From: Octopus bimaculoides
Taxonomy: Eukaryota
Assembly (NCBI RefSeq): GCF_001194135.2
Contig: NC_068998.1
Location: 12,257,176-12,292,921 of the forward strand
Direction of reading: 5' to 3'
DNA: 35,746 nt
Of the stretch, positions 1 to 11,600 are shown piece after piece. The number at the start of each line of letters is the position of its first letter. The stretch's first letter is position 1. A program made the position numbers and the translations under genes. Under the pieces are notes generated by a model. That model had not been told where the DNA came from, did no database searches, and saw nothing but the letters and a program-made list of their open reading frames with translations.

Positions 1-321
1 AAGGTCGACGCTAATGGTCGTACAGAGATTGTGTCTGTCGACCGTCTGAAAAAAGCGTACCTTGACAAACCCTCAACTTCTGTGGACGACGTGCCCGTTT
101 TTCAAACACCGCACACACCACTGTCAACATCATTACCACCACACACACCACTATCAACATCTTTACCAATGCATACACCAACATCAACACCATCACAAAC
201 ACACACACCAGAAACCACTCCACCGTCGTCGTTGCAACAAAACTCAAATGACCCTTAGGTCACTAGATCTGGCCAGACAGTGCATTGGCCAAAGAAACTT
301 TCCAAAACAATATACATTTGA
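1..321 (+). mobile_element. 3' end of a Ty3/Gypsy pol (integrase C-terminus), degenerate
   Basis: Frame 1 reads KVDANGRTEIVSVDRLKKAYLD (VSIDRLKPAY motif), then a P/T/H-rich linker, an in-frame TAG at 256 and VTRSGQTVHWPKKL (TRSGR-x-V-x-x-P terminal motif), ending at TGA 319-321. No PPT or LTR recognised. Confidence 0.8.
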
Positions 322-738
322 CATTTTTGTGCCGCCGGCATTTCATTTCTCTGTACAAACAAACATTGTTTTTCTTCCATTTCTGTGCACAGTAACATGC
401 TAAAAGAAAATATGTACACATTACATATTGTTTCAACCTTTGCATAAACATTTGCTCACGCCAACACCTTCGTTGCAACTTTCTTTCACACAGACCCTTT
501 ATCTCTAGGTCTGGCTGAACTTTTCATGTTGAACAGAACTTTTTTCTTACTCACATCGTGTCGGATGCAAAAGTTTTGCTTCCATTATTGCATCGGCTGC
601 ATTGCCTGCTTCAACACAGTTTCACATAAACGGACATTTCTACACATCTCATTTCAATCTTGGAGAGAAAAAGTATTTTGCTTATATTTTTGAATTAAGA
701 AACATCCATGTGTGTTCATGCACACACATACGTTATTG

Positions 739-991
739 CAGGGGTTTTCAAACTGTGGTCCGCGGACCACAGGGGGTCCGCAAGGACAAGACAGGGGGTC
801 TGTGGACAGCAAATACTTTTTATGGGCAATTTGATTTTATATATGTTTTTTAATCGAAATCTTTTAATTGACAAACCTATTTGTTAAATATTGTTAAATA
901 AATAAATGTAAAAATGTTATTTTAAGCAAATACTTATGTATAAATTTCATATATAAAGGGGTCCGCAAGTCAAAAAGCTTGAAAACCCCTG
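739..991. mobile_element. hAT-family MITE, 253 bp
   Basis: 13-bp perfect TIR CAGGGGTTTTCAA/TTGAAAACCCCTG; perfect 8-bp TSD CGTTATTG at 731-738 and 992-999; subterminal GGTCCGC repeats. Confidence 0.95.
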
Positions 992-1260
992 CGTTATTGT
1001 ATGCACACACACTGCTGTATTACATTTCTGCACATCTATACAAGGGAACCTATTCAAGGTTTCTTGACCTGCTAGAAACAACAGCAAAATTTCCCTCAAA
1101 ACATACACACTACAATCTTAGAAATGAAGACACATTGATCAATGTAGCCCTAAATATACAAAAGGACAGAATGGTCAGAGCTGCAATCTCTTTGATTATA
1201 GGGGTCAAACGACGACGCCACATCCATATGCTACATAATTTTATATCTTATTTTCTTTAG

Positions 1261-1377
1261 ATTAAAAGAACACCAAACCAAACCAAAGACAAAATGGAAT
1301 CGATTTTCCATCAGAGCCAGCAGAATTTACAAACTCATGGACGACTGATCAAAGAGATGCAGAAGATATACGAAAAT
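1261..1377 (+). CDS. NCAPG: NCAPG first visible exon (IKRTPNQTKDK-MESIFHQSQQNLQTHGRLIKEMQKIYEN; ATG at 1294)
   Basis: Acceptor ttttctttag at 1260 and donor GTAAGA at 1378. The peptide resembles the CAP-G N-terminal helix (vertebrate IKEAFRLAQQPHQNQAKLV...TY). Confidence 0.75.
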
Positions 1378-1638
1378 GTAAGATAAGATTTAATTACTTC
1401 TTTCTTTCCTTTCTTTGTCTCACTAAATGTTTTTTTTTAGTATTTATATCGTTCTCTGCCTTAATCAATAGTATTGAGGAATATCTTATAAAATCAACAT
1501 TAGGCATAAGCATGGCTGTGTGGTTAAGAAGTTTGCTTTGCAGTCAGGTGATTTCTGGTTCAATTCCACTGTGAAGCAACTTCGGCAAGTGTCTTCTATG
1601 TCCCTAGGCTGGAAGATGGAAACTGTGAGGAAGTCCAT

Positions 1639-1669
<31 letters not shown>

Positions 1670-2188
1670 CATTAAAATACAGATGCCTATAATAGGACAT
1701 CTAACCCGCTAGAAAGAGCAGCAAAAAACTCTATACCACAAAAATAGGGATAATTTCGAAAGAGAATGAAAAATAAAAACTTTTATCAGTCTATACTCTG
1801 TACCATGGTTTCAAGTTATTTAGCAAGATAAAAATATATCTTACTTGGGCAACTTTCTTCAGCAGAGTACCACTAACAAGCAAGTAAACATGAGTCATAG
1901 GGNNNNNNNNNNNNNNNNNNNNNNNNNNNNNNNNNNNNNNNNNNNNNNNNNNNNNNNNNNNNNNNNNNNNNNNNNNNNNNNNNNNNNNNNNNNNNNNNNN
2001 NNNNNNNNNNNNNNNNNNNNNNNNNNNNNNNNNNNNNNNNNNNNNNNNNNNNNNNNNNNNNNNNNNNNNNNNNNNNNNNNNNNNNNNNNNNNNNNNNNNN
2101 NNNNNNNNNNNNNNNNNNNNNNNNNNNNNNNNNNNNNNNNNNNNNNNNNNNNNNNNNNNNNNNNNNNNNNNNNNNNNNNNNNNNNNNN

Positions 2189-2400
2189 CACCATGATAGA
2201 TCGCTGACCACAACATTCAAATTTTTTTTCTCCGTGTTTTTCTCCTTATTCTTTGTTGAAGAGCGTAGGCTCGAAACGTTAAAGACTTTCTCTATTCCTG
2301 AGCGTCAAGCTAATACATCCTTTTGTTGTTTACACCACCTGTCCTCATCTGTTGTTGTATTTTTTTCGTAAATTCTCCCATATATATATATATATATATA
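2189..2400 (+). mobile_element. Probable Penelope-like terminal repeat fragment ending in (TA)n
   Basis: Contains TTGAAGAGCGTAGGCTCGAAACGT, a hammerhead-like core of the kind found at PLE termini; bounded by a gap on the left. Confidence 0.45.
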
Positions 2401-2880
2401 TTTGTCCATATCTATCTTTCCATACCAGTCTATCTGTCCATCTCTAACTATCCATATCTGTCTGTCTGTCTGTCTCGCCATTTAACAATAGGTGTTGGTT
2501 TGTTTGTATCCCCATCACCAAGCAGTTCAGCATAAGAGACCAGTAGAATAAGTACCAGTCTTAAAAAAAAAATAAGTATATTTGTTTGACTAAACCCTTT
2601 AGTGTGGTGCTGCAGCATGGCCGCTGTCCAATAAGTGAAACAAGTATGATAAAAAAAAAAAAAAAACTCAGTGGTGAGGTTTATAACTGACCTATGATTA
2701 CTGAGGGCGTATTTTACTTTTCCTTTCATTGGGGGTAGGTTGATATAATGAGTACCAGTAATAAACTGACGTTAATTTGATTATACTCCTTGTGCCATTT
2801 ACAATTGCTGTTGTGTTACAACTTGCCCCTCCCCTCAAAATTGCTGGTCTTGTACCAAAATTTAGAAAGTAATGTTAATA

Positions 2881-3180
2881 TTATTACCTCCACCTTAGCA
2901 AATGCGGAGGTATTGTTTTCAGTTATGTTTGTTTGTCCGTGGATAAGATGTCTTAAGAACCGCTGGAGGGATTCGGATGAAAGTTTCAGGGATGTTTGGC
3001 CTTGTGACTGGCACAAACTGATTAGATTTTGGGATCGATCTAGTACTGGACAAGGATTCTGGATTATTTTTCCTGTTTTTTTTACTTAATTTTCGAGAGC
3101 GGTTGGGTTCATTTTTAGTATTCTCATTTGTGAGAGCAGTTGAGTTTATTTCAGATATTCTCATTTAAAAAATCATCTCT
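2881..3180 (+). mobile_element. Non-autonomous Helentron/DINE-1-like element, 5' part, running into a gap
   Basis: Starts TTATTACCTCCAC-CTTAGCAAAT-GCGGAGGTA (hairpin) then TTGTTTTCAG..GTTTGTTTGTCC; clearly similar to 13463-13753. Family assignment is from recalled structure. Confidence 0.55.
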
Positions 3181-3852
3181 NNNNNNNNNNNNNNNNNNNN
3201 NNNNNNNNNNNNNNNNNNNNNNNNNNNNNNNNNNNNNNNNNNNNNNNNNNNNNNNNNNNNNNNNNNNNNNNNNNNNNNNNNNNNNNNNNNNNNNNNNNNN
3301 NNNNNNNNNNNNNNNNNNNNNNNNNNNNNNNNNNNNNNNNNNNNNNNNNNNNNNNNNNNNNNNNNNNNNNNNNNNNNNNNNNNNNNNNNNNNNNNNNNNN
3401 NNNNNNNNNNNNNNNNNNNNNNNNNNNNNNNNNNNNNNNNNNNNNNNNNNNNNNNNNNNNNNNNNNNNNNNNNNNNNNNNNNNNNNNNNNNNNNNNNNNN
3501 NNNNNNNNNNNNNNNNNNNNNNNNNNNNNNNNNNNNNNNNNNNNNNNNNNNNNNNNNNNNNNNNNNNNNNNNNNNNNNNNNNNNNNNNNNNNNNNNNNNN
3601 NNNNNNNNNNNNNNNNNNNNNNNNNNNNNNNNNNNNNNNNNNNNNNNNNNNNNNNNNNNNNNNNNNNNNNNNNNNNNNNNNNNNNNNNNNNNNNNNNNNN
3701 NNNNNNNNNNNNNNNNNNNNNNNNNNNNNNNNNNNNNNNNNNNNNNNNNNNNNNNNNNNNNNNNNNNNNNNNNNNNNNNNNNNNNNNNNNNNNNNNNNNN
3801 NNNNNNNNNNNNNNNNNNNNNNNNNNNNNNNNNNNNNNNNNNNNNNNNNNNN

Positions 3853-4170
3853 AATGGAACAGCCTGCTCGTGAAATTAACGTGCTAGTGGCTGAGCTCTC
3901 CACGGACACGTGTACCCTTAACGTAGTTCCCGGGGATATTCAGCGTGACACAGTATGACAAGGCTGACCCTTTGAATTACAGGTACAACAGAAACAGGGA
4001 GAAAGTTGTGGTGAAAGAGTACGGCAGGGTTCGCCACCATCCCCTGCCGGAGCCTCGTGGAGCTTTAGGTGTTTCGCTCAATAAAAACTCACAACGCCTG
4101 GTCTGGGAATCGAAACCTCGATCCTATGACCGCGAGCCTGCTGCCCTAACCACTGGGCCATTGCATCTCC
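3853..4170 (-). mobile_element. tRNA-derived SINE family D, copy 1 (3' end lost in gap)
   Basis: Minus-strand head with A box TGGCCCAGTGG and B box GGTTTCGATTCC; highly similar to 22686-23055 and 24462-24850. Confidence 0.85.
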
Positions 4171-4472
4171 ACAGATAGTATATAGAAAGTGTAGATATAG
4201 ATATGTGTGTGGATATGTGCATGTGAGTAAAATATGTATACACATACCCACACTGGGTATCTTGGTTAGCTCCAGGCCAACCAAAGACTTGTGAATGGAT
4301 TTGGTTGACAGAAACTGAAAGAAGTCTGTAATATAAGCCCTCTGCAGAAACTAAAAGAAGCCTGTAGTGTAAGCCCTCTATAATTTTCGTCTGACCCATG
4401 CAAGCATGGAAAAGTGGATGTTAAACAATGATGAATACAACTATTTAAACATTGTCTTTTTCTATTTTTCAG

Positions 4473-4698
4473 TCCCACGATTGTTCTTCACGAGCTATTC
4501 GCTATCGCTGTTGTCAATTGACAAATAAACTACTTGCTGGTTTGGGCGATGTTATGCTCGATGATGAGCTCTGTACAAATATAACCACCATAATGCTGGA
4601 ACGGACAAAAGATTCTATACCTATTATCAGAGAACAAGCCATATATGCTCTGGCTTGCTTACAGAACCCAGAGGATGAGAACTGTCCCATCATTGAAG
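4473..4698 (+). CDS. NCAPG: NCAPG exon SHDCSSRAIRYRCCQLTNKLL...LQNPEDENCPIIE (phase 0 to 1)
   Basis: tttttcag acceptor, G|GTATGA donor, 226 nt, conserved HEAT motifs. Confidence 0.95.
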
Positions 4699-5471
4699 GT
4701 ATGATATGACAGCTTCTTCTTCCTTGGTATTGTCAGTTTTGGTTTTTCTCAAATTTATAAGTTTCACAACAGTTTAGTTTTGATTCACACAAGAGATAAC
4801 TGGTGTTGGAAGCATGCTTTCAGATTAGTCTGTCAAAAGTAATGCTTATTTATTCATATTGTTTTGAATTAATCATGCATTATTGTAATCATTCAATATA
4901 ATTGTGCTAGCCATTTTTTTCTTTTTTTGTATTGTCAAAGATGACAAAGGACTGAGATGTCTGGTGCCTTACCATACTCAATAACACCCATCCACCACAG
5001 CAGAATTATTACCGGTGCTGGTGTTATGTAAAAAGCACTGGTGATGATGCCATGTAAAATGCACTCAGTATACTTGGTAAAGTGGTTGGCATTAGGAAAG
5101 GCATCCAGCTGTAGAAATCCATGTCAGAACAGACAGTGGAGCACCCGGCCTTATCAGTTCCTATCGAACTGTCCAACCCATGCCAGCATAAAAAAACGGA
5201 CGTTAAATGATGATGTCAGTGTGTGAGAATGTTGCTGAGAGAATCCATGCCTGCCCAAATGCAGTAAGACAATCGTGCACATAGTTTGTTTGACACACAA
5301 TTAAAGACTTGTTGCTGATAGCTTGGTAGTTCATGTTACTTAGATGCATAAGTTACTGAAATAGGGCCAGGAAAACAAAAATTGCTGAGTCTGAGGACAT
5401 TGATGATAATAAGGATACTAATTACCTTGAAGTTTATTGTCTCTTCATAATTGTCTTTCTGTTGGTTTCAG

Positions 5472-5702
5472 CCTACCTGTTTCATTTGGAGAATGATTCT
5501 CATGCTGCCGTGCGACGTGCTGTAGTTGGATCTATTGCACTGTTAAGCAAGACGTTACCAGCCATTCTTGACAGAACTAAAGACTTAACTGAGTCTGTTC
5601 GGTGCCAAACGTTTTCCGTATTGGCTGAGAAAGTCAATATCAGGGCATTATCTATCTCACAGCGTCTAGACTTGGTAGACACGGGATTAATTGACAGATC
5701 TA
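5472..5702 (+). CDS. NCAPG: NCAPG exon AYLFHLENDSHAAVRRAV...LAEKVNIRALSISQRLDLVDTGLIDRS (phase 1 to 1)
   Basis: tttcag acceptor, A|GTAAGT donor, 231 nt. Confidence 0.95.
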
Positions 5703-5789
5703 GTAAGTATTTTATGTATGTTCATTATTTAAAGGTGACATTCTTGAATTATTGTATTTTGGTGGAATTGTATGGGCCACTTAATCTGA

Positions 5790-6200
5790 TTGAGCTGGCA
5801 GAAATGTTAGCACGCCAGGCGAAATACTTAGCAGTATTTTGTTTGTCTTTACGTTCTGAGTTCAACTTTGCCTTTCATCCTTTTGGAGGTCGATAAATTA
5901 AGTACCAGTTATGCACTGTGGTTGATGTAATCGACTTAATCCCTTTGTCTGTCATCTTTTGTCCCCTCTGTGTGTAGCCCTTTGTGGGCTGTAAAGAAAT
6001 AAATGTTAGCATTCTGGGCAAAATGCTTAGTGGCGTTTCATCTATCTTTATGTTCTGAGTTCAAATTCCACTGAGGTTGACTTTTCCTTTCATCCCTTTC
6101 AGGGTCGATAAAATAAGAACCAGTTGATCACTGGGGTTGATGTAATCAACTAACCCCTCTCCCCTGAAGTTGCTGCCTTTGTGTCAAATTTGAAACCACT
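5790..6200 (+). mobile_element. Two tandem copies of tRNA-derived SINE family B
   Basis: ctggcagaa..ttagcacgcc.g.gaaat.cttag...gttctgagttcaa..gggtcgataaa.taag.accag. Other copies at 9797-10035 and (partial) 28560-28660. Confidence 0.8.
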
Positions 6201-6243
6201 GATATCTTGTAGAGTATACTCAGTTGATGTTTGTATATTTCAG

Positions 6244-6436
6244 CTACCGTGAAGAAGATTTGTACCAGAAAATTGTTTCAGTCTTGGCTTCAAAGTTGTG
6301 ATGGTAGCTTTCTTGAATTACTCTACTCTCTTGATGTAGTCACTAGTTTTAAGCAGTGTGAGAAGCTACTTTTGTCTCTCTTTGAACAATATTCTGCAGA
6401 AGAATTAGTTAAAAACTTCACCTTTTTATCAGATGA
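6244..6436 (+). CDS. NCAPG: NCAPG exon TVKKICTRKLFQSWLQSCDGSFLELLYSLDV...NFTFLSD (phase 1 to 2)
   Basis: tatttcag acceptor, GA|GTATGT donor, 193 nt. Confidence 0.93.
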
Positions 6437-7048
6437 GTATGTTATTCTTTACTTTTTATTCATCTATAATTTTCATAATGTTTCATGTATTAGTTTGCTT
6501 ACTAACCGCATGATTTCAGCTTCAGTCCTACTGAGTGGCACCTTGAGTAAGTGTCTTCTGCTATAAGTGAGCAAAACCCTGTGAGTGGATTTGGTAGATG
6601 GAAATTGAAAGAAGCCCTTGTGTATGTGAGTGAATATGTATAATTGTGTCTCCCTGTATTGACATTGTGTAATTGTTGTAAATGAATCTGTGGTAACATG
6701 TCTGGCCAGGGGGAAATATTACATTGCTTGTAAACAAGGGTTGATGACAAGAAGGGGATCCAGCCTTAGAAAATCTGCCTCAAACTCAGTGCAACCCATG
6801 CAAGCTTGGAAAAGTGGATCCTAAAATGATAATTTAATCTTTTATTTTAGATTTGTTTATTGGTCTTTACCTGAAGGTATCATGGTTCACTAGAGCTTAT
6901 CCCAGTTTTTAAGGTGACGTTTTTTCCTGGACAGAATGTCAGTCTATTGCATGATATATATCAAGACATAACATACTGAAACATATGTAATCACTTGTTA
7001 ATTATATGCTGACACGCAAATTCGTGAAGCGTTCCATATTTTTATTTT

Positions 7049-7325
7049 CGAGCGAGATCGTTGCCAGTGCCCCTGGACTGGCTTGTGCGGGTGGCACATA
7101 AAAGACACCATTTCGAGCATGGCCGTTTTCGTGCGGGTGACACGTAAAAGCACCCACTACACTCTCTGAGTGGTTGGCGTTAGGAAGGGCATCCAGCTGT
7201 AGAAACTCTGCCAAATTAGACTGGAGCCTGGTGTAGCCATCCGGTTGCACCAGTCCTCAGTCAAATCGTCCAACCCATGCCAGCATGGAAAGCGGACGTT
7301 AAACGATGATGATGATGATGATGAT
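7049..7325 (+). mobile_element. SINE/RTE-tail family A with (GAT)n tail
   Basis: Core ttaggaagggcatccagctgtagaaac...caacccatgc.agcatggaaa.cggacgttaaacgatgatg. Other copies: 8669-8817(+), 22237-22440(-), 25864-26200(-); diverged copies near 5030-5220, 7990-8170, 19590-19792, 21530-21625, 23230-23360, 25021-25150(-) and 26310-26430. Confidence 0.85.
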
Positions 7326-7330
7326 GCTTT

Positions 7331-7760
7331 CCTGCTGTATGGAGTTGAAACCTGGACAGGCTGTAAAGCTCAAGTAGACATGTTATGTGCATGAGACAGA
7401 TGCAACGAATTATGAATATCACTTTCTTTGACAAGATCAGGAATGAAGAGGCCCTACGGCCTGCTGGTCTGCTTCCTATGATGGAAATCCTCATTGATAG
7501 GAGTTTATGTTGGTTGGGCATGGACACAGGATGGACAACAGCAGACTCTCCAGGCAACTCTTTTACTCCCAGCTATACAAGGGGAAAAGAAACTTATGGA
7601 AGACCTAGACTGAGGGTCAAAGATACTGCAAAAAGGAATATGAAGTGGAAAGGTATTGATCATAATAAATGGCAAACCCAAGCGAAAAACTGACCAGTAT
7701 GGACAAAGCTTATCAACTCATCATGCCAGAGCCATGGACAGTCATAGACATGATGACTGC
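7331..7760 (+). mobile_element. RTE-clade LINE 3' fragment, frameshifted
   Basis: LLYGVETWT, QRIMNITFFDKIRNEE, WLG/GHRMDNSRLSRQLFYSQL, GRPRLRVKD..K.NMK...W: RTE RT C-terminal motifs. Confidence 0.85.
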
Positions 7761-8668
7761 AGATAATAATGCTTCCAGCAGTGAGCTAAACCATCTCATG
7801 TGATGAGCTTGCAAGGGCCTCTATGTCATTGCTCAGCCTGTGAGAAACAACAGCTAAATCTTCCTCTCGAATCACACTCTTTCATAATCTTACTTGTTTC
7901 TTTTTCCCTCAACTCCCAGCATAATGTTGCTCCTACACCTGCGGGGTACATTGCCTTGCAACCTGCATGACGGCATCACTTGTGTTTGTGTCATGAAAAA
8001 AAGCACCCATTTCATGCTGTTAAGTGGTTGGCATAAGGAAAGACATCTGGCCATAGAAACCATGCCAAAGCAGACACTAGACTATGATGCAGTCCTTGGG
8101 CCCTTTGAATCCTGCCGATCTGTCCAACATATGCCAGCAGTGAATATAGATGTTAGATGATGATGATAATGTATAGATAAGATGGTCTTCAATAAATGGT
8201 CTCCAACTTAGTAGAAATAGCATTCAAATCTCCCTCAGATTGCATCCTACATTCTTAAATAAGGAAAAGACATTAATGCACTCCTACCTACTCCTGAAAA
8301 AATGAGTTGGTCTGAAAATGCCTTTGATTATAGGTATGCTTGGTCAGCGCTGTCTTGGAGATAAGTGACACCCTGATCATTTAACTTGCTGTTAGTCAGG
8401 TGCACTGGACAAAAAAGACTTAAGTACTTTTGTTGCTGTGGTCCAACAGAAGCTTTGGTGATGCGACAGTTTGTGACCCTGTCTTCCCTAAAAGGCCAGT
8501 AACTCTGATTGAGACAGTGTGGTTGCTAAGATGTGATGGTCATCTATGGGCTGACCAACATGTCTGTCAGTGGGTGAGAGTTCTATTGCTGAGAGAAAAA
8601 CTTTGGGTGCATTTCATATTATAACTCTCCCTCCCTCCCTCTCTCTCTCTCTCACACACACAAATACA

Positions 8669-8817
8669 TTGGCGTTAGGACGGGCATCCAGCTGTAGAAA
8701 CTCTGCCAAATCAGATTGGAGCCTGGTGTAGCCATCTGGTTTCACCAGTCCTCAGTCAAATCGTCCAACCCATGCTAGCATGGAAAGCGGACGTTAAACG
8801 ATGATGATGATGATGAC
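8669..8817 (+). mobile_element. Family A SINE, 5'-truncated
   Basis: Near-identical to the 3' half of the 7049 copy and to the reverse complement of 25864-26015. Confidence 0.85.
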
Positions 8818-9016
8818 ACTCACTGAGGTGCTGGCATAGCTGTGTGGTTGAGAAGTTAGTGTATTAGATTGTATGTAGTGCTGGTGAGGATGGTAGATAA
8901 TAAATGAATAAATGAATTAACTGTATAATGATAACGTAATTAATTTTTCATTTATTAGTTTGTGTCAATTACTTATTGATGTCTCTCTGATAATGATAAA
9001 CTACTTCTGTTTCCAG

Positions 9017-9166
9017 CTTACTGATTAGTAAAGAAGAACTTGACTGTGAAAAAGTTGTCTACTGGAAGACTTTATGTCAGTACCTGGACTCACTTGGTGT
9101 TGATGGTGCAGACAGCTTAGAGAAAGTGTTACCAAACAGTATTGTGTTTTGCGACTATCTTAAGAG
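9017..9166 (+). CDS. NCAPG: NCAPG exon LLISKEELDCEKVVYWKTLCQYL...LEKVLPNSIVFCDYLK (phase 2 to 2)
   Basis: tgtttccag acceptor, AG|GTAAGA donor, 150 nt. This exon is not in the supplied ORF track. Confidence 0.93.
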
Positions 9167-9796
9167 GTAAGAAGTTTTTCTGTTTGGTCATCAATTGACG
9201 AATCAATCCTAGTATGGATTTTTTCTTTTACTTATTCTATCGGTCTCTTATGCTGAACTGCTAAGTTACAGGGATGCAAACCAACCAATGCTAGTTGTCA
9301 AGCAAAGACATCCACACATATTTAATTACGCTGTGTAACAAAATTTGAATTTTTTTTCGTCTTTGGCCAATAAGTGTTATTTCCTATTTGCTTCTATCTA
9401 GAAATCAAAGGAAATGGCTACAGTTCCCTTTAAATTTTGCTTTTGTGACCTGGACATCAATGTTTTGAAACTGGCCTATTTTCCATTACATTTCAAACAG
9501 ATTCAGCACCGAGTTGTTGAAGCAGAAATATTGTGATAGCGAATATTCTGCTCAATATCATAGATTTGATTGTCAGTTGCTTGACTTTATCCATTTGAGC
9601 ATGTGGCTGACAGTATGTGCATCTCTGATCATGAGCAGGAGTAGTTGGGGAGCATCATAGCTATGTGTTGAGAGGGATTCTTTGGGGTTTGAATAAATGT
9701 AAGGACAGCATAGTTTGAAGGAAATATTAGCCATTTTTCATACTTTCTAGGGGTAAGCAAATAAGATATAACATTTCTTATTTGAAATAACAGTTC

Positions 9797-10035
9797 AAGG
9801 TGGTGAACTGGCAGAATCATTAGCACGCCGAGTGAAATGCTTAGCGGTATTTTGTCTGTCTTTTCGTTCTGAGTTCAAATTCTTCCGAGGTCGACTTTGC
9901 CTTTCATCCTTTCAGGGTCAATAAATTAAGTGCCAGTTATGCACTGAGGTCGATGTAATCGACTTAATGCCTTTGTCTGTCCTTGTTTGTCCCCTCTATG
10001 TTTGTCCCCTTGTGGGCAGTAAAGAAATAAGAAAT
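9797..10035 (+). mobile_element. SINE family B
   Basis: Colinear with 5790-6005. Confidence 0.8.
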
Positions 10036-10112
10036 AACATTGATTATTCAAGGACAAAAATCTTGTTACACAATGCCATTTAAATATTTCTTATTTCTTT
10101 ATTTCATTTCAG

Positions 10113-10238
10113 TTACCATCTTGACAATTCCATTAAATCCGAAACAAGATCTGCTGAAGATGAGTTAGAATGTCAATTCATTGTAGAGCAATTGATAGGC
10201 ATGTTGAAATTCATGGATTTGTCAGACATTGCTGCAAG
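10113..10238 (+). CDS. NCAPG: NCAPG exon YHLDNSIKSETRSAEDELECQFIVEQLIGMLKFMDLSDIAA (phase 2 to 2)
   Basis: ttcatttcag acceptor, AG|GTATGA donor, 126 nt; matches the EFI-x-QQL...LD-x-S motif. Confidence 0.92.
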
Positions 10239-11386
10239 GTATGAACAAAAACTTTGATTTTTTAAAACTTAACTGACTACATAGACTGCAGGTACCAATC
10301 ATGTGTGGTGGTCAGGTTATTTGTTGCTTGGAATCATTGTCTGTTGTAGAACTTTGTGTATTTTCAAGTGAGATATCCACCTAATGTTAAATGCTAGCCC
10401 AGCAGTTCTCAAAGTGACCAGTATCAGTGAAATTATTTTAATCCTTCTTCATCTCGAAAAGAGCAAAAAAGAGTTTGTGTCTTTGTCTTGATATTGGACA
10501 AATTTTAAAAGTTTAAAACCAGGTTAATTTTTTTTCAGGCTTGGCTGCATGGTTAAGGAGTTTGCTTCCCAACCATGTGGTTTCAGGTTCAGTCCTACTC
10601 ATGGTACCTTGTGCAAGTGTTGAACATCTTTGAAGGTATAAAGGGGAGCAGTTGATTTGTTGACAGAAGCTGATAACAGCAATGCTGCTTGTTTCTCTCA
10701 GTTTTAACAGACTACAAATATGAAAATACACACAGACACACGCATTCACACATTTATAATGATAGGCTTCTTTCAGTTTCCTCTTAGCACATCCTCTCCC
10801 AAGGCCTTGGTGTCAACTTGGGCTATAGTAGAAAACACTTGCCTAAGGTGCCATGCAGTGGGCTGTATATGAAATGACATGATTGGAAAGCAAACTTAAT
10901 CACAGTGATACATGTACCTGCTTATAGAAAAACAGGGAAGAATTTGACAAAATACACAGTGTTTGGAGAAGAGTGAGATTAGAGTGGACAGGAAGCGATG
11001 CGGTTTAGATGGTGGAAGTCAGGTAGAGGCAGCTTGTTTAAAAGGCACAGATATCAGTATATTAGCTGTAGATAAGAGAGAAATAGAAGACAGTTTTGTG
11101 AGTGGTGTAGTTGTAGAATATTTAGCGACTATGATTATATAGAATGTTTAGTGTGACAGTCAGCAAGAATGGTGCCATCTCTTATCCTTCTATGCGTTAA
11201 TAATTTTTTAAAAATTTGAAGATTTCTGATTGCAAAAAAAAAAAAAACCCCAAAAAACAAAACAAAGTAAACCTAGATACCTAGGCTCACCACGAAAAGA
11301 AAAAGAAATACTTTTTCCCTTTAAATTAGAGCTTTTGTCCTTCTATAATTATTGAATTTAAAAAAGAAAAAAATTTTATTTTTTAG

Positions 11387-11600
11387 GAATGCTGTGCAGA
11401 CTTTGCTCCATGATGTTTTAGTGTCTGATAAGATCAACAATTGTTGGATTAGTACCATTGTGGCAGAGTTACACGTACTGAAACCAGATCGAAAGGAACT
11501 TATGAACTACATTTGTGACTTGGTCAGTGAAATACATGAGCCTGTTGTTTTGATATTGCAGAGCGTTAATGAAGATGAGAAACGAGCAATTGATCTGAAG
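11387..11600 (+). CDS. NCAPG: NCAPG exon NAVQTLLHDVLV...DLVSEIHEPVV...DEKRAIDLK (phase 2 to 0)
   Basis: ttttttag acceptor, AAG|GTAGTT donor, 214 nt. Confidence 0.92.

Noticed and set aside
979-1260. 93-aa ORF upstream of NCAPG
   Set aside because: It starts at a TTG inside the MITE TIR and shows no recognisable homology.
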